DNA of 64,000 bases. Source: a virus. The notes below the pieces were generated by a model. That model was given only the letters and a program-made list of their open reading frames with translations, was not told the origin of the DNA and made no database searches. This document shows, one piece after another, positions 39,909 to 47,845 of this stretch. The stretch is from positions 25,923 through 89,922 of IMG/VR virus record IMGVR_UViG_3300018080_000148. The stretch is one strand, 5' to 3'. How positions within the stretch are numbered: the stretch's first letter is position 1; every line of letters begins with the position of its first letter. A program made the position numbers and the translations under genes.

Positions 39909-40370
39909 TTAGCTCAGTTTTGTTACAGTGCGGTTGTAATGCCACTGGCGGGCGAATTCCTCGGCCTGTTCTTCGTCGTCTTCTAGCCCCTCTGCTTCTT
40001 GTATGGCGTGAGCCAATTCATGAGCGATGGTGGTCTCCACCCCAAGTTCTACAGGCAGGTCGTATTTTTCGCAGGCACCTCTAATTGCCTCAGTATCCAG
40101 AACGATTACGGGCTCTGAAACCGTGCCGTTAGAATACCTGCCCAGTTTGCCACCAAGAGAATGAGGTGCGGCATAGAACACGGTGAAATTCTTGAAAAGC
40201 CGCAGTTGTGGCAAAAGTTTTTCTCTCATTTCCAGGACCGTCTTTTCGACGATACCCTTCATGTCCTTGTTGGGCGATTCGTGTGGCTCATAATCCCATT
40301 CGGGATCGTAATCATGTGTCCGGTCGTCGTACCGATAAAGCCACTTAGAAAAACTCATTTCCACCTCCAA
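39909..40370 (-). CDS. zincin-like metallopeptidase-domain protein
   Basis: HELAHA...EEQAE (HExxH + E). Confidence 0.7.
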   Translation of the reverse strand: MEVEMSFSKWLYRYDDRTHDYDPEWDYEPHESPNKDMKGIVEKTVLEMREKLLPQLRLFKNFTVFYAAPHSLGGKLGRYSNGTVSEPVIVLDTEAIRGACEKYDLPVELGVETTIAHELAHAIQEAEGLEDDEEQAEEFARQWHYNRTVTKLS

Positions 40371-40372
40371 AG

Positions 40373-40457
40373 TACCCAGGGCGAGACTCGAACTCGCACC
40401 CCCGGAATGGGGACTAGGCCCTCAACCTAGCGTGTCTACCAATTCCACCACCTGGGC
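40373..40457 (-). tRNA. tRNA-Leu(GAG)
   Basis: CTAGG-TTGAGGG-CCTAG. Confidence 0.95.
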
Positions 40458-40893
40458 GTATGAATTTCTTTTTTATTTTTGTCCTAATGGGCTTTTCTGG
40501 CGTTTGGCAATCCAACCTACTTGGGCTGCCGTAGTGGCCCAATATCTCTTCTCCTGATTTAATATCACGGTTAAAAATATATAGCACCCTGCCGTCATCT
40601 GTCTGGACTAAAGTCGCATTTTGTTGTCGCACGGTCGGTGCCTGATTGACGATGCCCCCAATTCCCATGGGAACCAAGCTGTGCTCTCTGCCATCGGCAA
40701 AAAACTTGTAGTTGTGAGCGTATTGTGTGCAGTTGTCTTCAAGAGACCCGTATTTCACCTTGGCTCCGATAACCTCGATGAAATCCCCTTTCTTCAGATC
40801 TACCAGGGCAAAGACGCCTCGGCCTGCATTCGGGATCGTGGAGGCTGCTATCCGGTATTTACGAAGGTTTTCTTCGGGCTCTTGGAAAATCAT
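40414..40893 (-). CDS. SET-domain protein
   Basis: STIPNAGRGVFA, RDIKSGEEILGHYG. Confidence 0.85.
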   Translation of the reverse strand: MIFQEPEENLRKYRIAASTIPNAGRGVFALVDLKKGDFIEVIGAKVKYGSLEDNCTQYAHNYKFFADGREHSLVPMGIGGIVNQAPTVRQQNATLVQTDDGRVLYIFNRDIKSGEEILGHYGSPSRLDCQTPEKPIRTKIKKKFIRPGGGIGRHARLRA

Positions 40894-40905
40894 TCCTTAA
40901 TAGAG

Positions 40906-41029
40906 TGGCCGGGACTGGAATCGAACCAGTGACCTTTGGGGGAACAGCTTGAGAGGTAACTATGAGCCTTTCGGCGTCGTGCAATCAAGCGTCTTGTCCC
41001 AATGCTCTACCAACGTGAGCTACCCGACC
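40906..41029 (-). tRNA. tRNA-like gene with ~50-nt anticodon-loop insertion (isotype uncertain)
   Basis: Intact acceptor, D and T arms; 57 nt between the anticodon stem strands. Confidence 0.75.
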
Positions 41030-41229
41030 TTATTTTTGCCCTCCCAACTGACTCCGTGCGTCACGCTGAGGTAACGACACAATTCGTCGGCTGCGTCTTG
41101 GGGGAGAGAGGCAATTCTGTCACCAAGCTCCCGAATGTAATCTTCCTCAAAAGCAGTTCCAGTGGTTGTTGTAGGCGGTTTGATTCCATCGCCTTGTGTT
41201 TGCGTACAACCGTATCCGTTCATAGACAC
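41020..41229 (-). CDS. small hypothetical protein
   Basis: 69 aa; AGGAG SD. Confidence 0.55.
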   Translation of the reverse strand: MSMNGYGCTQTQGDGIKPPTTTTGTAFEEDYIRELGDRIASLPQDAADELCRYLSVTHGVSWEGKNKVG

Positions 41230-41257
41230 CGCTCCTATTGATGGGGTTCGTTTTTAG

Positions 41258-41337
41258 TGAGCAGGGCAGGAATTGAACCTGCAACTACTGGTTGCGACAT
41301 CGGCTTTGTAACTGGTGGACTTTCGCCCACACCGCTC
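41258..41337 (-). ncRNA. tRNA-like RNA (non-canonical D and anticodon arms)
   Basis: T arm GCAGG-TTCAATT-CCTGC and acceptor stem present; D arm replaced by a GAAA hairpin. Confidence 0.6.
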
Positions 41338-41375
41338 ACTCTCCAGCGTGCTTACCAGAGCACCTCCCGCCCAAT

Positions 41376-41564
41376 TTAGCCGCCAAATTGGACTCGTGCG
41401 TAATCTGTCAAAAGGTGATGGATTCTTCGATGTGCCACTTTTTTGGCGTTAAAGTCTGCCAACTTGCCACCGAGGTAGGCATCAAGCAGTTCTTGGTCAG
41501 TCAATAACTCGGCCATGTCTGCGTTGATACTTCTGATTTTCGCTTTCGATACGTTGATAGACAT
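41376..41564 (-). CDS. small hypothetical protein
   Basis: Start MSINVSK. Confidence 0.55.
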   Translation of the reverse strand: MSINVSKAKIRSINADMAELLTDQELLDAYLGGKLADFNAKKVAHRRIHHLLTDYARVQFGG

Positions 41565-41595
41565 CCTTTTTTCCTTATGCGGGCGGGGGATGTAG

Positions 41596-41679
41596 TGCCC
41601 CTGGCAGGACTCGAACCTGCACGGCCTTGCGGCCACAGCATCCTGAATGCTGCGTGTCTACCATTTCCACCACAGGGGC
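41596..41679 (-). tRNA. tRNA-Leu(CAG)
   Basis: CAGCA-TTCAGGA-TGCTG. Confidence 0.95.
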
Positions 41680-41680
41680 A

Positions 41681-41920
41681 TTAGCTTGGGGGTGGGAACC
41701 CCGGATTGTCGTTCTTCTTTTTCTGTTTATCATCCTTGAATGTTGGTGTCCACGCCAACATGATCCAACATGTGATCCCAAACACTGCCAGTGTTACCGA
41801 AATCGACCACGGCAACATATTCACCTTCTCGGTCATCTTGAAGGCAACGGCGTCGGCTACGCCGAAGCCTCCTACGCAGATGGCCACTAAGATGGCAACA
41901 CTCTTTACAATTTTTATCAT
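41681..41920 (-). CDS. small membrane protein
   Basis: Two TM segments; GGAGAGG SD. Confidence 0.6.
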   Translation of the reverse strand: MIKIVKSVAILVAICVGGFGVADAVAFKMTEKVNMLPWSISVTLAVFGITCWIMLAWTPTFKDDKQKKKNDNPGFPPPS

Positions 41921-41934
41921 GGACCTCTCCTAAG

Positions 41935-42016
41935 TAGCCCCGGAGGGAGTCGAACCCTCACGCCTTGCGGCACTGGATCTTAAATCCAGCGTGTCTACCG
42001 ATTTCACCACGGGGCC
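41935..42016 (-). tRNA. tRNA-Leu(TAA)
   Basis: CTGGA-TTTAAGA-TCCAG. Confidence 0.95.
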
Positions 42017-42044
42017 TTGCAACCGTTTTCCCCACTAGCCACAC

Positions 42045-42218
42045 TTATGGTGGAACGGCAAACATGCTGTAACATTCGATGCTCCGCTCCCTAAGGTCTC
42101 TTTGTTCTTCTTTGGAAAGCTTCTCGCAATCCTTGCAGGGTCCGTCACCGTTGAAGTGCTCTTCGGCGTACACCTCTAAACAGATTGGGCACTGAAATTG
42201 TATGGGGCCGAGGCTCAT
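42045..42218 (-). CDS. small Zn-finger protein
   Basis: CPIC...CKDC. Confidence 0.5.
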   Translation of the reverse strand: MSLGPIQFQCPICLEVYAEEHFNGDGPCKDCEKLSKEEQRDLRERSIECYSMFAVPP

Positions 42219-42222
42219 TGTT

Positions 42223-42816
42223 TTACCTGGGGTTTTGTGCGCTTTCAATCAAGTGTGTTGTTGGATCAAGTAGGCCGAATGGTTGGCTCTCACCTTTCTC
42301 CCACACGCCGTTGCTCAGGAAGCCGTGGCGATGCATGGCAAGGTGGAGCATGGAGGTTGGTCTGCCCTTGTCCTTCTTGAGCACTCGTTTGACGTGCCCG
42401 ATCAGGTCGCCTTGTCGCACCTCTTTTTCCTGAATGTAGAACTTTTGTTTTCCCTCGACGGTGGATTCCCCGATAACTCGAAAGCCGTGGTGCTTGATTT
42501 CCCCATAAACTACGATCCCGCTATTGCCCGCAACTGATACGGCCCATGTGTTCTCCCACCAATCACACCCCGCCACTTTGCCCGTGAATGGCCGAATGTG
42601 GCAAAGCACTCCATCTTCTACGGCGAAGACTTCAGTTCCTTCAGGACAATAAAGATCCACGCCCTTGTGAACGTCATGCCGCCGCTCGATGCCAAAAGCG
42701 CCGACATGCGGCTTGATGGGTATCTCCACTTCCGAAGTAATGTCGATATACTGAAAAGACATCGAGTTGGAAGTGGGCCCTAACTTCTTCATCTTCAATG
42801 GAAACAACCAAGTCAC
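42223..42816 (-). CDS. M23 family peptidase
   Basis: HKGVDL, VFAVEDG, VRQGDLIG, MLHL, DPT. Confidence 0.8.
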   Translation of the reverse strand: MTWLFPLKMKKLGPTSNSMSFQYIDITSEVEIPIKPHVGAFGIERRHDVHKGVDLYCPEGTEVFAVEDGVLCHIRPFTGKVAGCDWWENTWAVSVAGNSGIVVYGEIKHHGFRVIGESTVEGKQKFYIQEKEVRQGDLIGHVKRVLKKDKGRPTSMLHLAMHRHGFLSNGVWEKGESQPFGLLDPTTHLIESAQNPR

Positions 42817-43078
42817 TGACCTCTCCTCTCACGCTGCGATAGAGGAAATCCTTCTCCACCAAAATATACTCATATTTACGCAAAAAGCGCCGTCCAGCCA
42901 GCCAAGCGGCAACGGTGCGGTGGTGTCCATTTTCGATTGCCATCGTACCGTCCGCCAGTCGAGCTATTTGGATTGGTTCTACGTATCCACCTTGCCTTAT
43001 CTCTTCCACTAGCTTCGGCAACTGGTGTGCTCGATTCAACCGGTGTTGTGTTGTTTTAAGTTTTGCAATGTCTATCAC
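42674..43078 (-). CDS. ParB/Srx N-terminal-like protein
   Basis: IENGHHRTVAAW. Confidence 0.65.
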   Translation of the reverse strand: MIDIAKLKTTQHRLNRAHQLPKLVEEIRQGGYVEPIQIARLADGTMAIENGHHRTVAAWLAGRRFLRKYEYILVEKDFLYRSVRGEVSDLVVSIEDEEVRAHFQLDVFSVYRHYFGSGDTHQAACRRFWHRAAA

Positions 43079-43443
43079 AGGCCACCCGCTCCATCTTGTT
43101 TGAGTCGCCTTTTTAGATTAGGGAATGGAACCTGTTCTACCTTGTAGTTGTGGCGAAGGGCATCTTCCATCCTTTGTGCGCCTCGCCTATTTGTCGAGTG
43201 GATGATGACCTTCTTTATTTGCGGCCTTTCTTGAGCAAGCCATTTTGCGGCTACTGCTCCATTTTTGCCCTCGTAACCCGGTGCCTCTTCCAAGTCGTGA
43301 TCGAGTAGGGCTAAATCCCATTCTCCTAGCACGACTCGACGCTTCAGGTCTCTAAATCTCCTACACACAATGGCGTAGGGGAAGTGTTTCAGGAGAAATT
43401 CCAACCGCACCTTCCAACGGTCTTCCAAAATTATTACGTTCAT
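43075..43443 (-). CDS. cyclic-phosphate-processing receiver-domain protein
   Basis: ILED, LLDHDL, IIHSTN..GAQRM signature. Confidence 0.75.
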   Translation of the reverse strand: MNVIILEDRWKVRLEFLLKHFPYAIVCRRFRDLKRRVVLGEWDLALLDHDLEEAPGYEGKNGAVAAKWLAQERPQIKKVIIHSTNRRGAQRMEDALRHNYKVEQVPFPNLKRRLKQDGAGGL

Positions 43444-43445
43444 AG

Positions 43446-43530
<85 letters not shown>

Positions 43531-43556
43531 TTGTTTTTCCCCACTAGCCACACTTA

Positions 43557-44048
43557 TTACGCCGTTTCCCCACGCATGAACCTGCGAGCCATCTGCCAAC
43601 CCCTTTCTGTTGCCTCAAACCTCGCCACTGGCGAACTTTCTCTGCCGAAGTGTGGGTCGATTTGCTTGGCGTCATCGGCTGGGGCGTTGCCCTCGTAAAC
43701 CATGATCTTGTGGCTGTTCGGACAGTTTGGGTAATGAACCCACAGAGCCGTCCAGTAACACTCTTCTGCCCGCCGCAGGATCGTGAACACCTCTTCCTTC
43801 TCGTCGATCATCTTGATCGCTTGAAGATGTTCTGCCTGGATCACGAAATCCACGTCAGGGTCAAAGTCTGTCAAGTCGTTCATGCCGACCGCAAACAACA
43901 CCTTGTCGTCGTCCACATCAGCCAACACGATCACATCGCTTTTTGGTCCGCCCAAGAATTGGAATCTGCCAATTCTCTGAGGGTGGTGTGGGTGACCCGA
44001 TACAACCTTGTACTGTGTGTCATAGACCAGATTCATTCTAGACTCCAT
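43557..44048 (-). CDS. hypothetical protein
   Basis: 163 aa; IDPHF...PVARF motif. Confidence 0.65.
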   Translation of the reverse strand: MESRMNLVYDTQYKVVSGHPHHPQRIGRFQFLGGPKSDVIVLADVDDDKVLFAVGMNDLTDFDPDVDFVIQAEHLQAIKMIDEKEEVFTILRRAEECYWTALWVHYPNCPNSHKIMVYEGNAPADDAKQIDPHFGRESSPVARFEATERGWQMARRFMRGETA

Positions 44049-44311
44049 TCGTTGGGATGCGCCACTTCCAGTTCTTGCTCAGGAAGCCTTTCCTGATACA
44101 CTTCTTGGATTGACTGCCGCACCTTGAGCTTCTCTTCCATCGTCAACTCTCGATGAACCGTAAACTTCATCGTGACGATCTCACTTCTGAGACTCATCTT
44201 TTCGGGAAAGCCGAAACCGTGCATGGTCTCGTTGACCGAATCAACTATTTCCCCAACCGAGGAAAAGACCTTGCCCAGATTGCACGTGATGGGAATGAGA
44301 TACGTTGGCAT
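44033..44311 (-). CDS. hypothetical protein
   Basis: Start MPTYLIP with AAGGAG SD. Confidence 0.6.
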   Translation of the reverse strand: MPTYLIPITCNLGKVFSSVGEIVDSVNETMHGFGFPEKMSLRSEIVTMKFTVHRELTMEEKLKVRQSIQEVYQERLPEQELEVAHPNEWSLE

Positions 44312-44326
44312 GGTTTGCTCCTTCAG

Positions 44327-44408
44327 TAGCCGGGGCGGGACTCGAACCCGCACGCCTTGCGGCACAGGTTCCTAAAACCTGCGTGTCTGCCAATTTCACC
44401 ACCCGGCC
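44327..44408 (-). tRNA. tRNA-Leu(TAG)
   Basis: CAGGT-TTTAGGA-ACCTG. Confidence 0.95.
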
Positions 44409-44493
44409 TCACCGCCTTAGGGCTGCTTCGTTTCCGACCTGACCCGGTTCGGCGGCTAGACTTCGTTGACGACCTTGCGGAAGCCAACGACAG

Positions 44494-44658
44494 TCATGTT
44501 TCGTTCGTAAACACTTTGTGGATCTGAAAGCGAAGTATCGATAGCTCACGTGGGTGCTCACACTCCTCTTCCACCCATGCCTGAGCCTCTTCGTAGGTGT
44601 TTCTTTCTGCCCTGATTGTCGTCGAACCCCATTCTGTCACAATAAACTTCACTTTCAC
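44494..44658 (-). CDS. small hypothetical protein (54 aa)
   Basis: Manual translation MKVKFIVTEWG...; AAGGAG SD. Confidence 0.5.
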   Translation of the reverse strand: MKVKFIVTEWGSTTIRAERNTYEEAQAWVEEECEHPRELSILRFQIHKVFTNET

Positions 44659-44668
44659 GATTGTCTCC

Positions 44669-45004
44669 TTACATCGTCATTTCGTCAACATGCCCCGCAC
44701 TCACAGGGTCGTCGCCCTGGATAGCTGCGATTTTCTCGGCTGCCTCGTTGAGAACTTTGCTGATCTCCAACGCTTTTTCAAAATTCTGCTCCGTCCGCTT
44801 CGCCATCTCGGACAAATACACGGTGGAGAGATTCTGCATGAGTCCTATCATGCGGAAGTTGCACGCCATCATGGCCTTCAGTAGGTAGTCTTCTTGCGGA
44901 AACATGTTTTTATTGTACCCCATGACTAGATAGTTGTGAACCAAGTCTTTTGGTACTATCATCGAGAGGCCCGCCCCCATGGAAACGGGGTGGGCCTTGT
45001 TCAT
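44669..45004 (-). CDS. hypothetical protein
   Basis: Start MNKAHP just after the tRNA. Confidence 0.55.
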   Translation of the reverse strand: MNKAHPVSMGAGLSMIVPKDLVHNYLVMGYNKNMFPQEDYLLKAMMACNFRMIGLMQNLSTVYLSEMAKRTEQNFEKALEISKVLNEAAEKIAAIQGDDPVSAGHVDEMTM

Positions 45005-45007
45005 GAG

Positions 45008-45102
45008 TGGGCCGGGCTGGAGTCGAACCAGCGACACCTGGATTTTCATTCATGGGGTTGCCTGACCCCTGTCCAGTGCTCTACCAACTGAGCTACCGAC
45101 CC
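45008..45102 (-). tRNA. tRNA-Phe(GAA) with 22-nt anticodon-loop intron
   Basis: CTGGAC[AGGGGTCAGGCAACCCCATGAA]TGAAAATCCAG; removal gives a 73-nt canonical tRNA. Confidence 0.85.
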
Positions 45103-45107
45103 ATATT

Positions 45108-45320
45108 TTAGCAGCAATCAATATAAACCAATGGGTCCATATCGGGGTCCATTTGGTGACCGTTCTTGAGATTGTGGGCGACTTTATATCCCACTGTGCG
45201 AGCAAACCGTTCAAGATCTTCGTGAGTCACCCCATCGAATACTCTTGCATCTTGGTCCCACTTTTTTTTCAGATCATCGTGAACAGACTCGCCTGCCAAT
45301 GCTGTGCTATATGCGCTCAT
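45108..45320 (-). CDS. small hypothetical protein
   Basis: Start MSAYST with AAGGA SD. Confidence 0.55.
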   Translation of the reverse strand: MSAYSTALAGESVHDDLKKKWDQDARVFDGVTHEDLERFARTVGYKVAHNLKNGHQMDPDMDPLVYIDCC

Positions 45321-45341
45321 TGCGTTTTCCTTTCTGAAGAG

Positions 45342-45426
45342 CGGAAGCGGAGGGAGTCGAACCCCCAAGGCGGTTAAGCTCGTCCCGGTTCGAGCGGGGT
45401 GCAGTCGCCAATCTGCTTGCGCTTCC
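45342..45426 (-). tRNA. tRNA-Ser(CGA)
   Basis: CCCCG-CTCGAAC-CGGGA; G73. Confidence 0.9.
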
Positions 45427-45427
45427 G

Positions 45428-45727
45428 TTACTGATCGTATCCAACATTTGATGCTTCATCGATTTCTACATCGATGCCTCGGTCAGTGACCCAAAGACTA
45501 TGTATCAGCCGCCCGATGACGGTGCTCTCGAAGTCGTCCAGTTTGGGGCGGATCTCTCCGATTTGGTCCATTAACGGGTCGGCCAAGTCATCTCGGTCAT
45601 TGGCCAAGTGTTCGTTTGCCTCAACGATCAGTTTGATGCAGCGTTCATAATTGCTCGGTCTTCCACGTTTCGTGGTTGACTTTGCCGCTGTCTTTTTCTT
45701 CGTCGTTTTCTTCTTCGCCATTATCAT
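45428..45727 (-). CDS. hypothetical protein with basic N-terminus
   Basis: AKKKTTKKK...KRGRP AT-hook-like. Confidence 0.6.
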   Translation of the reverse strand: MIMAKKKTTKKKTAAKSTTKRGRPSNYERCIKLIVEANEHLANDRDDLADPLMDQIGEIRPKLDDFESTVIGRLIHSLWVTDRGIDVEIDEASNVGYDQ

Positions 45728-45830
45728 AATCCTCTAGCAAAAAGTGTAGTATAGTACGCACTTGCGCACATTTTTCGCCAAAAGGATTACGACTTTGACG
45801 TTTTAAGTCAAGGCCAACTTCTATACCAAA

Positions 45831-45843
45831 TTGTCAAAGATCA
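45831..45843 (-). promoter_or_regulatory. boxA-like antitermination site
   Basis: TGATCTTTGACAA on the transcribed strand within the tRNA array. Confidence 0.65.
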
Positions 45844-45867
45844 AATCAAGCTGGCATTGCCAGCAAG

Positions 45868-46004
45868 TGGGAGAGGTAGGAGTCGAACCTACAAGCCCTT
45901 TCGGGCGTCACGTTTACAGCGTGCTTACCTTGCCAATGGTTGTATGCTTCTAATGTAGGGGACGGTTGCCCGTCCAAGTCTTGAAAGCGTTTAGTTACTC
46001 TCCC
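45868..46004 (-). tRNA. tRNA-Tyr(GTA) with ~54-nt D-arm insertion
   Basis: Acceptor GGGAGAG/CTCTCCC; CACG-CTGTAAA-CGTG; variable arm; 137 nt long. Confidence 0.8.
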
Positions 46005-46008
46005 GTTG

Positions 46009-46125
46009 TGGACCGAGCAGGAGTTGAACCTGCATCCTCGCCTTCCAGGGCGCTATGTTACTCGCTGAATCACCGGCGTATTATGTACACTAGCCCACCG
46101 GCTATCAGTTACACACCATCGGTCC
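46009..46125 (-). tRNA. tRNA-like gene with ~45-nt D-loop insertion (anticodon TGG or GGA, atypical loop)
   Basis: Acceptor GGACCGA/TCGGTCC; T arm intact; CGCC-CTGGAA-GGCG. Confidence 0.6.
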
Positions 46126-46127
46126 AG

Positions 46128-46206
46128 AGTCGCCGGGAGGATTCGAACCTCTTACCACGAGTTTTGCAGACTCGCTCCGAGCCATTAGGATTTAGGTTCC
46201 GACGAC
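46128..46206 (-). tRNA. tRNA-Cys(GCA)
   Basis: CGAGT-CTGCAAA-ACTCG; U73; ~7 extra nt after the acceptor 5' strand. Confidence 0.8.
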
Positions 46207-46776
46207 ATTCAGCTTGTTGCCTTTGGGTAGGTAGTAAAATTTCCAATTCTTGAATGTTTCTGCCATACATTTTTTCCTGAGTTGTTCTACTGGGAACTTC
46301 TTAGGGAAGGTGTGTATGGTGCGATGACAATTGGGGCACACTACTACCAAATTATCATGTGAATCTGTTCCTCCTTTTTTCTTGGGCACAATATGGTGGA
46401 TGTCGCATGCTGCTTCATTCCACCCACACAGTACGCACTTAATCTTTGCTCTCTTGAGGATCTTTTGCTGTGTTCTTTTTGAAAACTCAAGTATGCTTTT
46501 GGCGTCTTCTTTGCAATATGCTACTTTCCTTTTACATTGTTCGCAGTGTTTTTTCCTGCTTTGACGGATCTTTTTACTCTCGAATGCTTTCCCGCATTTT
46601 TCACAAGTGTATTTGTGTAGCTCGTGGGGGTGCGATGCTGCCCATGCGGCAACCGAACTAGCAATTTTTTCTCTCGTTTGTTTGTTGTGACTTCTGCTCT
46701 TGGCGCACGATTCACTGCAAAATCGCCCGGAGCCAAATGTCCCATCATGTTTTTTGTTGCATTTTTCACACTTCAT
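46192..46776 (-). CDS. HNH homing endonuclease with Zn-finger/NUMOD-like N-terminus
   Basis: GSGRFCS, CVLCGW, DIHHI, NLVVVCPNCH. Confidence 0.9.
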   Translation of the reverse strand: MKCEKCNKKHDGTFGSGRFCSESCAKSRSHNKQTREKIASSVAAWAASHPHELHKYTCEKCGKAFESKKIRQSRKKHCEQCKRKVAYCKEDAKSILEFSKRTQQKILKRAKIKCVLCGWNEAACDIHHIVPKKKGGTDSHDNLVVVCPNCHRTIHTFPKKFPVEQLRKKCMAETFKNWKFYYLPKGNKLNVVGT

Positions 46777-46852
46777 TGTTCAGCCTCCGATTTATCTATC
46801 GGAAACTGAACTTGTTTTGAGTGTAAAAAAATTCACATTTTATCAGGTTCAG

Positions 46853-46938
46853 TGGGCCGAGAGGGACTTGAACCCCCAAGCACCTTACGGTGACGTGGTT
46901 TACAGCCACGGACGCTACCAATTACGCTCTATCGACCC
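46853..46938 (-). tRNA. tRNA-Tyr(GTA)
   Basis: CGTGG-CTGTAAA-CCACG. Confidence 0.9.
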
Positions 46939-47210
46939 TACTCTTTCTTGGGCGGCTCCTTCGGCAAGGAGTCACCTGTGTTGTCTCTATGTCTCCTTAT
47001 CATTTGTTCTGGTGTATCGGGGATTTCAGTCGGCTCTCCTGCTGATAAAACCACCCAACCATTTGTCCAGTGTCCGTAATCGTCTTTCAGCTTGACGACG
47101 CCCCCAACCTTTGCAAACTTCTCTGGGATGTATGACACCATCGTGGAGATGCCGGTTCGGGTTTTTCTTTCCATATAACACTGGCAATACTTTACGGTTT
47201 TCTTGCTCAT
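46938..47210 (-). CDS. hypothetical protein
   Basis: 90-aa ORF between tRNAs. Confidence 0.6.
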   Translation of the reverse strand: MSKKTVKYCQCYMERKTRTGISTMVSYIPEKFAKVGGVVKLKDDYGHWTNGWVVLSAGEPTEIPDTPEQMIRRHRDNTGDSLPKEPPKKE

Positions 47211-47235
47211 TTTCGCATCGTAATGCTCCTTTCAG

Positions 47236-47318
47236 CGGAGGCGACAGGACTCGAACCTGCAAGGCTTTCGCTCGACGGTTTTCAAGACCGCTGCCGTCGC
47301 CAATCGGCTTGCGCCTCC
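47236..47318 (-). tRNA. tRNA-Ser(TGA)
   Basis: GCGGT-CTTGAAA-ACCGT. Confidence 0.93.
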
Positions 47319-47375
47319 TCGCTAGGGCCGAGGGGCGGTGGATCGTCCATGCCGCCCGAGGGCCCGTATAGTTTG

Positions 47376-47723
47376 TTATGGATGCACCTCAAAGTGAATC
47401 CCAGAGCCATGGCTTCCATGGTGGCTCCCATTTCGGCAGTACGGACAAGTGCGATAATCACGCCCATGACGACAGTTGTTGAAATCATGTCGGCAGTGAG
47501 GGCAGCTAACCGCACTGTAACCGTGCCTGCACCTATATGCGTTTCGGCAGTGAGGACATGTTCGATAATCATATCCGTGACGACATCTGGCTACGTGTGG
47601 CTGATGATGTCCACGTTCAATAATTACCGGCCTTTGCTGCCTTGGCTGGCAGTCGTGATGACAGGAACAACCTGTCACGAAAGCCAGCAACAGTAGAACA
47701 AATAACGAAGTGACAACTTTCAT
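47376..47723 (-). CDS. lipoprotein with three CRHG-x5-CPxC repeats
   Basis: Lipobox-like VTGC; His/Cys repeats. Confidence 0.7.
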   Translation of the reverse strand: MKVVTSLFVLLLLAFVTGCSCHHDCQPRQQRPVIIERGHHQPHVARCRHGYDYRTCPHCRNAYRCRHGYSAVSCPHCRHDFNNCRHGRDYRTCPYCRNGSHHGSHGSGIHFEVHP

Positions 47724-47773
47724 CTTCCCTCCTATTGAAAGAGTCCGTCACTTGTATCTACTGTTATTACTAG

Positions 47774-47845
47774 TGGAAAGGGTAGGAATCGAACCTACGA
47801 CGCCCTGGTGTTCAGTCAGGCGCTCTACCACTGAGCTACCTTTCC
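47774..47845 (-). tRNA. tRNA-Phe(GAA)
   Basis: CCTGA-CTGAACA-CCAGG (atypical C37, 31-39 mismatch). Confidence 0.85.

Noticed and set aside
40966-40976. GCCGAAAG as a Ro60/Y-RNA binding motif
   Set aside because: Explained more simply as a GCC-GAAA-GGC tetraloop hairpin; no Ro60 gene in this window.
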